From contig DBKT01000013.1 of the NCBI GenBank assembly GCA_002297365.1, positions 1,601-65,600 on the forward strand: 64,000 nt of DNA, given 5' to 3'. Source of the stretch: Bacillales bacterium UBA743 (GTDB lineage Bacteria > Bacillota_I > Bacilli_A > RFN20 > CAG-826). Positions 58,222 through 64,000 of this stretch are shown piece after piece. Numbering within the stretch: position 1 is the stretch's first letter; every line of letters begins with the position of its first letter. The translations under genes and the position numbers were made by a program. A model generated the notes under the pieces. It saw nothing but the letters and a program-made list of their open reading frames with translations, was not told the origin of the DNA and searched no databases.

Positions 58222-58683
58222 CTATTTCACTTCTGCTTTTTGATTGTTTTGAATATGCTCTCTAAGCTTCTTCATTAAGAAATGAAGCTCTTCCAGCTCC
58301 TTTTGGCTAAAAGCCTCTTTAAAGAAACGATCGGCGTCGTTTAAAGCCTTATCGATGTCCTCTTCCAGGCTCTGTGCTTTCTTTGTAAGGAGGATTCTTT
58401 TAACGCGCCCATCTTCAGGCCATTCTTCAAATTCAATCAATCCTTTGCGGATCAAAGAGGCAAGGGTTTGAGACATCGTCGCTTTTGAGACGCCGATAAC
58501 TTCCATCAAATCTTTTGAAGAAACGATTTTGTCTCTATGGTTATAAACATGATGAAGAATGATTCCTTCGGTCGTGGAAATTTTTACTTGATGCTCATTT
58601 AAATTGTCGCAAATGAGTTTCCCTATATGCGCTTTGATAACTTTTGCCGTCTGTCTAAATTCAATCCCTAAGCTCTCGTCCAT
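58222..58683 (-). CDS. MarR-family transcriptional regulator
   Basis: A 153-aa winged HTH (…SKDLMEVIGVSKATMSQTLASLIRKGLI…). It lies upstream of the exporter pair. Confidence 0.8.
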   Translation of the reverse strand: MDESLGIEFRQTAKVIKAHIGKLICDNLNEHQVKISTTEGIILHHVYNHRDKIVSSKDLMEVIGVSKATMSQTLASLIRKGLIEFEEWPEDGRVKRILLTKKAQSLEEDIDKALNDADRFFKEAFSQKELEELHFLMKKLREHIQNNQKAEVK

Positions 58684-58720
58684 AAAAATCTCCTAAATAG
58701 TTAGGATACGAACATTCTAA

Positions 58721-58737
58721 ACATTTTTAAAAAATGT
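58721..58737. promoter_or_regulatory. Perfect palindrome ACATTTTTAAAAAATGT, about 40 nt upstream of marR. It is a candidate MarR operator.
   Basis: Read directly from the sequence. Confidence 0.4.
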
Positions 58738-58771
58738 GTAAGCCTAACTTCATTGAAAGCGTTTCCCACTT

Positions 58772-59755
58772 TTATAATTTGTTTCTCATCTTGATTCCGT
58801 TAAGGATTCTCTCGACGTCAGAATAACTCTTTATGTTCATCGAGATTTCCGCACGGATCTTTTTATAGCCTGGAAAACCCGTGAAGAATTTAGGAAGAAG
58901 CCCTCTTAACATCATGGCTCCATCTCTTTCTCCAAGATAATCACAAAGTTTACGTGCAAATTGCAAGGCATAATCCGCATCCTGATAAATGCTTGGCGGG
59001 GGCAACTGCTCTTCGCCGTTTATCAAGCGGTTGATATTTGTAACCAGCTCTGGATTGCCTACTCCCCCGCGGGCAACCATAACCAGTTTAGCCCCTGTTA
59101 TTTTCATTGCATTCAATGCGGCTTCCGGGGTAAAAATGTCCCCAGAAACACATAATGGGATGCTTAATTCATTTCCTAATCCGCGAATCTTTTCATAATC
59201 GGGCACACCCGTGTAGCCTTGAACGGAGGTTCTTGCATGGATGGTTATCATCCTCACGCCAATCTCTTCCATGCGTTTGGCTAATTCCACGCAGTTAATA
59301 TGCTCTGAATCCCAGCCAAGTCTCATCTTGATGGTCACTGGTTTAGAAGATTTCTCGATGACCTTTTTGGTATATTCCACCATTTCATCCGGACGTTTCA
59401 TCCAAGCGGATCCAGCGCCTGTTTTGCAAACCTTGGGCACTGGGCAGCCAAAATTCAAATCCAGGATATCGTAATCTGCATATTTTTCTAAAACTTCAAT
59501 CGCTTTCTCCGTGTTTTTAAAATCAAAGCCAAAGAGCTGAAGGCCGACAGGTCTATCATCTTTTGCCGTGCGGAAATACGTGAGAGTCTTGTTGTTCGAA
59601 TAATAAAGCCCGCAGTCAGAAATCATCTCGGAATAGGAAAGGGCTACGCCAAAAGGCTTCATAAACTCACGGTAAGCAAGCGTTGTCACTCCTGCCATTG
59701 GGCCAAGAACGACTCGACCATTTAATTCAATATCACCAATTTTTATCTTTTCCAT
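58772..59755 (-). CDS. dusB: tRNA-dihydrouridine synthase (DusB-like)
   Basis: A TIM barrel with …LGPMAGVT…, …NFGCP… and the catalytic Cys/Lys context. Confidence 0.85.
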   Translation of the reverse strand: MEKIKIGDIELNGRVVLGPMAGVTTLAYREFMKPFGVALSYSEMISDCGLYYSNNKTLTYFRTAKDDRPVGLQLFGFDFKNTEKAIEVLEKYADYDILDLNFGCPVPKVCKTGAGSAWMKRPDEMVEYTKKVIEKSSKPVTIKMRLGWDSEHINCVELAKRMEEIGVRMITIHARTSVQGYTGVPDYEKIRGLGNELSIPLCVSGDIFTPEAALNAMKITGAKLVMVARGGVGNPELVTNINRLINGEEQLPPPSIYQDADYALQFARKLCDYLGERDGAMMLRGLLPKFFTGFPGYKKIRAEISMNIKSYSDVERILNGIKMRNKL

Positions 59756-59765
59756 AAAATAGAGA

Positions 59766-59796
59766 AAGAGGGTCTCTTAAACATGAGACCCTCTTC
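59766..59796 (-). terminator. Rho-independent terminator after ftsH
   Basis: GAGGGTCTC-N8-GAGACCCTC followed by a T-rich tract on the minus strand. Confidence 0.55.
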
Positions 59797-59808
59797 ATTA
59801 GAACGAAA

Positions 59809-61992
59809 CTATTTGTCTTCTTTCTTATCTTCCGTTTTCGTTTCCGAAGGTTTTTCTGAAGAAGAATCAGAAGCTGAAGTAGAAGGCTGTTCGATGTCAC
59901 GTTTTGTCGGAGAAGAGACGATTTTATTCAATTTCTCTTTTGTTTCCTCCGAGATAGCATCGGTTTCTTGCACTTCGGCAACGACCTTCGTCGGAAGCTT
60001 GCCAGTCTTCACCAAAGATTCAATTTCTTCAGCCGTGATGGTTTCCTTTTCGAGCAAGGTTTCCGCGATTAAGGTCACATCGGCTTTATGCTCCTCAATG
60101 ATCTTACGTGCTTCTTCGTGACAGGAATCAATGATTTCGCGAACGGCTTTATCAATCTCATAGGCGATTTGCGTAGAGAAGTTCTTGTTCGTATTCGTGT
60201 AATCTCTTCCTAAGAAGACAGAGCCACCCGCTTGTTCGTATTGGATTGGCCCTAAATCGGACATGCCATATTCAGTAACCATGCTACGAGCTAAGCGTGT
60301 TGCTTGTTGAATATCGTTGCTTGCACCGCTAGAAACATCGTCAAAGAAAATCTCTTCAGAGCTTCTTCCGCCAAGAAGGCCCGTAATCATGGCGAGCATT
60401 TCTTTCTTAGTCATTAAGAAACGGTCGTCATCCGGAGTCATCAAGACGTGACCACCCGTATTCCCACGAGGGATGATGGTAATCTTTTGGACCTTTTCGG
60501 CATGAGGGAGAACAAGGCCAATGATGGCGTGTCCGGCTTCATGGAAGGCAACCTGTTTCCTTTCCGTAGGAGACATGCCTTTACTGGATTTTGCGGGTCC
60601 GGCGATCCTTCTATCGATAGCTTCATCAATTTCAGGCATGCCGACGCTTTCTTTATGGAAGCGGACGGCGAGGATAGCGGCTTCATTTAAGATGTTATCG
60701 ATATCTGCACCAGAGAACCCGACAGTGCGTTTTGCCAAGGCATGGAAATCAACAGATGGGTCAATCTTCTTGTTTCTTGCATGGACTTTGAAGATGGCTT
60801 CTCTTCCTTCCGTGTTTGGAAGTCCGACGGTAATGACACGGTCAAAACGCCCTGGACGCAACAACGCTGGATCAAGAACGTCGTCACGGTTTGTAGCGGC
60901 GATAACCAAAATACCGGAGTTATATTCAAAGCCGTCCATCTCAACGAGAAGTTGGTTTAAGGTTTGTTCCCTTTCATCGTTTCCACCGCCTAAGCCAGCT
61001 CCTCTTTGACGGCCGACGGCATCGATTTCATCAATGAAAACGATGCATGGTGCGGTTTGTTTCGCTTTTTTGAACAAATCCCTAACACGTCCTGCGCCAA
61101 CACCGACAAACATCTCAACGAAATCAGAGCCGGAAATGCTATAGAAAGGAACCCCTGCTTCTCCTGCAACAGCTTTTGCAAGCAAGGTCTTACCCGTTCC
61201 TGGCGGGCCGATTAAAAGGGCACCCTTTGGTAAACGTGCACCATATTTGGAATATTTCTTTGGATCTTTGAGGTAGTCAACCATTTCGACCATTTCGGCT
61301 TTCTCTTCATCGCATCCAGCGACATCGGAGAAACGAACCTTTGAAGATTCAACACGAGCGGGAGAGCGATTGAAATCCATCGCTTGGCGATTTGCGCCAC
61401 CCACAGAGGCGTTCAACCTCCAAAGAAGGAATCCGACAAAGAGAAGAATCAAAGCGGATTGGATAATGGTTGGTCCCCATGTGTCCCAGAAAGAAACAGC
61501 ATAGGGGTCAACGGCAACAATATAGGCAAAATCGCCATATGTCTTGTCATTTCCGGAAGCAGACCATAAATCCGTCGCCGTTTTGAAAATGCTGTAATAC
61601 GATGCGTGAACTGGGAAAGTTCCGTCTGTTGAGGCATTCGCATCATAGCTAAATTCTTCATTCCAGTGGTCGTATTGAATAACAACCGTGAAATCACGAC
61701 GATCGGTCTTGGGTTTTTCCTTGTTGTAACGACGACCATTCACCACTACAACCGAATTGTTCTTATTGGTAAAAGAGACGTGAGAAACATAATATTGAGA
61801 CTCTTCAACCGTGGTTTGCTTTGTGTTCACATTGTAACCAACATACGTATCAATATCGCTTTCATTCCACGTTTCAACGGGATTGGAAAATTGTCCAACA
61901 ATAAGCCAAACGATTAAAACGATTAAAACGGTAGTCAGCAAATAAGGCAAAATATACGAGATCTTGCTTTTCTTTGGTTTTTGTTCGTTCAT
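59809..61992 (-). CDS. ftsH: ATP-dependent zinc metalloprotease FtsH (the canonical, membrane-anchored form)
   Basis: Two N-terminal TMs, the AAA module ([13 protein letters not shown]; DEIDAV), HEAGH and a C-terminal acidic tail. The start is placed at MNEQKPKK after a GGAGG RBS. Confidence 0.9.
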   Translation of the reverse strand: MNEQKPKKSKISYILPYLLTTVLIVLIVWLIVGQFSNPVETWNESDIDTYVGYNVNTKQTTVEESQYYVSHVSFTNKNNSVVVVNGRRYNKEKPKTDRRDFTVVIQYDHWNEEFSYDANASTDGTFPVHASYYSIFKTATDLWSASGNDKTYGDFAYIVAVDPYAVSFWDTWGPTIIQSALILLFVGFLLWRLNASVGGANRQAMDFNRSPARVESSKVRFSDVAGCDEEKAEMVEMVDYLKDPKKYSKYGARLPKGALLIGPPGTGKTLLAKAVAGEAGVPFYSISGSDFVEMFVGVGAGRVRDLFKKAKQTAPCIVFIDEIDAVGRQRGAGLGGGNDEREQTLNQLLVEMDGFEYNSGILVIAATNRDDVLDPALLRPGRFDRVITVGLPNTEGREAIFKVHARNKKIDPSVDFHALAKRTVGFSGADIDNILNEAAILAVRFHKESVGMPEIDEAIDRRIAGPAKSSKGMSPTERKQVAFHEAGHAIIGLVLPHAEKVQKITIIPRGNTGGHVLMTPDDDRFLMTKKEMLAMITGLLGGRSSEEIFFDDVSSGASNDIQQATRLARSMVTEYGMSDLGPIQYEQAGGSVFLGRDYTNTNKNFSTQIAYEIDKAVREIIDSCHEEARKIIEEHKADVTLIAETLLEKETITAEEIESLVKTGKLPTKVVAEVQETDAISEETKEKLNKIVSSPTKRDIEQPSTSASDSSSEKPSETKTEDKKEDK

Positions 61993-62272
61993 GTTTTCCT
62001 CCTTTTCATTCAAATAAAAAATTAACGTCTATTAAAAACGCTATCAACAACATACACCCTTTAAGGGTGAAAAGGAAAGGATTTTGCATTAATTTGTTTT
62101 GATGCGAACTATCATCTAGTAATTATGCGCATCTTCCAACATATACAGAGACCTCATAATTGTCGGAACACTCATATGAGCGAACCTTGATTAAATTGTG
62201 AAGCAGAATATTGAAGAATTCGATTTTAAAAAGAAATGCACATCAAGACAAAAAGATAAATTGAAAAGACCG

Positions 62273-62539
62273 TTAAGATAAGATTTCCCTAACCTCATCG
62301 GAAAGAATCTCATACATCTCTTTGGCTTCATCTTTCTTCGCATAAGGCTTAGCCGCAAGGATTTTGGCTGTTATTTTATGTCTTCCCATGGTGAGAGTGA
62401 GGATGTCTCCAACACAAACTTCTGAAGACGCTTTAGCAACTTTGTTATTAAGTAATACGTCTCCATCATCACAGAGTTCTTTCGCCACTTCTCTTCTTTT
62501 CGTTAGACGTGACACCTTTAACCATTTATCAATTCTCAT
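62273..62539 (-). CDS. S4-domain RNA-binding protein (YabO/Hsp15-like)
   Basis: MRIDKWLKVSRLTKRR… is an S4 fold, and the gene lies between mfd and ftsH as in many Firmicutes. Confidence 0.7.
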   Translation of the reverse strand: MRIDKWLKVSRLTKRREVAKELCDDGDVLLNNKVAKASSEVCVGDILTLTMGRHKITAKILAAKPYAKKDEAKEMYEILSDEVREILS

Positions 62540-64000
62540 AAGATATTATCCCCTTCATTTTTTCTTTTTGTATATAGCTCATCGATTGTTTGAAGAATAC
62601 GATATAGCTCATCGATCCAGTCATCTTTCTTGTTGCGTTTTAGACGAACGTGGACTTTCTTGTCCACGAAATTCACTTTGATTTCATTCATAAATGGCAA
62701 AAGAGCGTTAAATAAGTCCACGGCTATATGTGAGACGCTCGTAAAAGAATCGCTCAAAAGAATGTCAACATAGGCATCCATTTGCTCTATCTTGAAGAAT
62801 TCTTCTTTCTCCATCAAGAAATTGATGCGCTTTTGCAAGATAAGCAGTTCCACCTGATGAGGCATTTTTCCATACACGTCTCGCATATGTGAGGCAACTT
62901 TCTTAAGCTCTTCTTCATTTTTGGCATTCTCTAAATCTTGATAGAGCTCAATCTTATCGGAAGCAATCGCATAGCTTTTTGGAATATAGGCGTCGATATC
63001 GAAAAGAGTTCGAGATTTGGGTGGGGCTTTCTTAATGCCCGTCTTTTTCTCTTCAATGGCTTCGTTAAGCAGCTGCATATATAAGTCCAAACCCACCGAA
63101 TCGATAAATCCGGCTTGTTCGGGACCGAGGATATCCCCTGCCCCGCGGATCATCAAATCACGTTGGGCAATCTTATATCCAGAGCCTAATTCAGTGAAGT
63201 CCTGTATGGCTTTTAGACGTTTAACGGCATCCTGGTTCATCTTCTTATGGGGTTTATACATTAAATAAGCGTAGGCAACCCTGTCCCCTCTTCCAACGCG
63301 GCCCTTAATTTGATAAAGCTGAGATAAGCCAAAATGATCGGCATCCTCTACGATAATCATGTTGGCATTCGGAACATCAATGCCGTTTTCAACAATGGAT
63401 GTCGCGACTAAAACGTTAAGCTCGCCATCATAGAATTTTTGCATCACGTCCTCGATATCTTCTTTTTCCATTTGGCCATGGACCACACCTACTTTAGCAT
63501 CCGGGAGGTGGCGAGAGATTTTGCTTCCGATTTCATAGATTGTCGAAATCGTATTGTGGATAAAGAAAACCTGCCCAGAACGAGCAAGCTCTCGCTTAAT
63601 TAATTCATATACGACATTATCTTCGTAAGGCGTAACGTAGGTTTGAATGGGGGTCCTCGCCTCAGGAGGAGTATTGATCGTAGACACGGGCCTTATGCCA
63701 ATTAAGGACATTTGCAAGGTTCTAGGTATTGGCGTAGCGGAAAGAGTCAAAACATCCACGTCCTTTTTCATTTCTTTGATTTTTTCTTTTTGGGCAACGC
63801 CAAAACGTTGCTCTTCATCGACGATAAGAAGGCCAAGATTCTTAAAACGAACCTCTTTGGATAAGAGTTTATGAGTGCCAATTACAAAATCGATGGTTCC
63901 TTTTCCCAACCCCTCCAAAATCAATTTGACTTCATGAGCAGAAACCATGCGGGAAAGCAAAGCGATATGCACCCCAAAAGTTTGAAAACGCTCTGTTGCC
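62536..64000 (-). CDS. mfd: Transcription-repair coupling factor Mfd. It is partial because the N-terminal part lies beyond the window end.
   Basis: Superfamily 2 helicase motifs (DEEQRFGV; TATPIPRT; helicase C, QLYQIKGRVGRG) and a C-terminal TRCF domain. The ORF is open to the window edge. Confidence 0.85.
   Translation of the reverse strand, partial: ATERFQTFGVHIALLSRMVSAHEVKLILEGLGKGTIDFVIGTHKLLSKEVRFKNLGLLIVDEEQRFGVAQKEKIKEMKKDVDVLTLSATPIPRTLQMSLIGIRPVSTINTPPEARTPIQTYVTPYEDNVVYELIKRELARSGQVFFIHNTISTIYEIGSKISRHLPDAKVGVVHGQMEKEDIEDVMQKFYDGELNVLVATSIVENGIDVPNANMIIVEDADHFGLSQLYQIKGRVGRGDRVAYAYLMYKPHKKMNQDAVKRLKAIQDFTELGSGYKIAQRDLMIRGAGDILGPEQAGFIDSVGLDLYMQLLNEAIEEKKTGIKKAPPKSRTLFDIDAYIPKSYAIASDKIELYQDLENAKNEEELKKVASHMRDVYGKMPHQVELLILQKRINFLMEKEEFFKIEQMDAYVDILLSDSFTSVSHIAVDLFNALLPFMNEIKVNFVDKKVHVRLKRNKKDDWIDELYRILQTIDELYTKRKNEGDNIL

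Noticed and set aside
60441-61917. A cluster of 60-160-aa ORFs on both strands inside ftsH
   Set aside because: They are antisense or out-of-frame ORFs within a well-supported 728-aa ftsH gene.

Overview
This is a low-GC (about 35-38%) bacterial chromosome window that uses the standard genetic code (TGG encodes Trp, TGA is a stop). The gene content looks like Firmicutes or Erysipelotrichia/Acholeplasma. No database search was run, so every call rests on motifs read directly from the ORF translations.

Core genes:
- A phosphate transport operon, pstS-pstC-pstA (minus strand, running off the window start), with Pho-box-like TTTACA repeats upstream. An apparently orphan OmpR-family response regulator is transcribed divergently from it.
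- A cellodextrin/beta-glucan locus with two GH94 glycoside phosphorylases (951 and 807 aa), a LacI regulator, a sugar ABC importer and a cre-like operator.
- A housekeeping block in the order rpsF-ssb-rpsR / gdpP-rplI-dnaB / yycJ-like / rlmH.
- An Fbp/Afu-type ABC importer with an MBL hydrolase, then lysS.
- At the right end: a heterodimeric ABC exporter pair, a MarR regulator, dusB, ftsH, an S4-domain protein and a partial mfd.

Accessory content:
1. A full tmRNA gene (16444-16843, minus strand) whose 3' end, about 98 bp, is repeated 1.3 kb away. This is the signature of an integrated but now degraded islet. The islet carries an XRE regulator and a two-gene operon.
2. A roughly 22.5-kb island (about 31.8-54.3 kb) between lysS and the ABC exporter.

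The island contains:
- three AAA_14/DUF4143 ATPases and one PF01637-type ATPase;
- two truncated IS3-family left ends;
- three HTH-WYL regulators, of which one is IS-truncated, one sits next to a GIY-YIG nuclease, and one is fused to two FtsK-gamma winged helices;
- a TM-less FtsH-like AAA+ metalloprotease followed by three tandem tiny 2-TM proteins;
- a LemA protein;
- a TerY-P-like signalling triad (a Ser/Thr kinase with a zinc ribbon, two vWA/TerY-like proteins and a PP2C phosphatase) heading a further seven-gene unit of mostly unknown proteins.

Three of the island's transcription units (the FtsH-like unit, the seven-gene unit and the kinase triad) carry the same dyad motif, CTACAT-N5-ATGTAK, at a fixed distance upstream. 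This argues that they form one co-regulated system, probably a defence or stress system.
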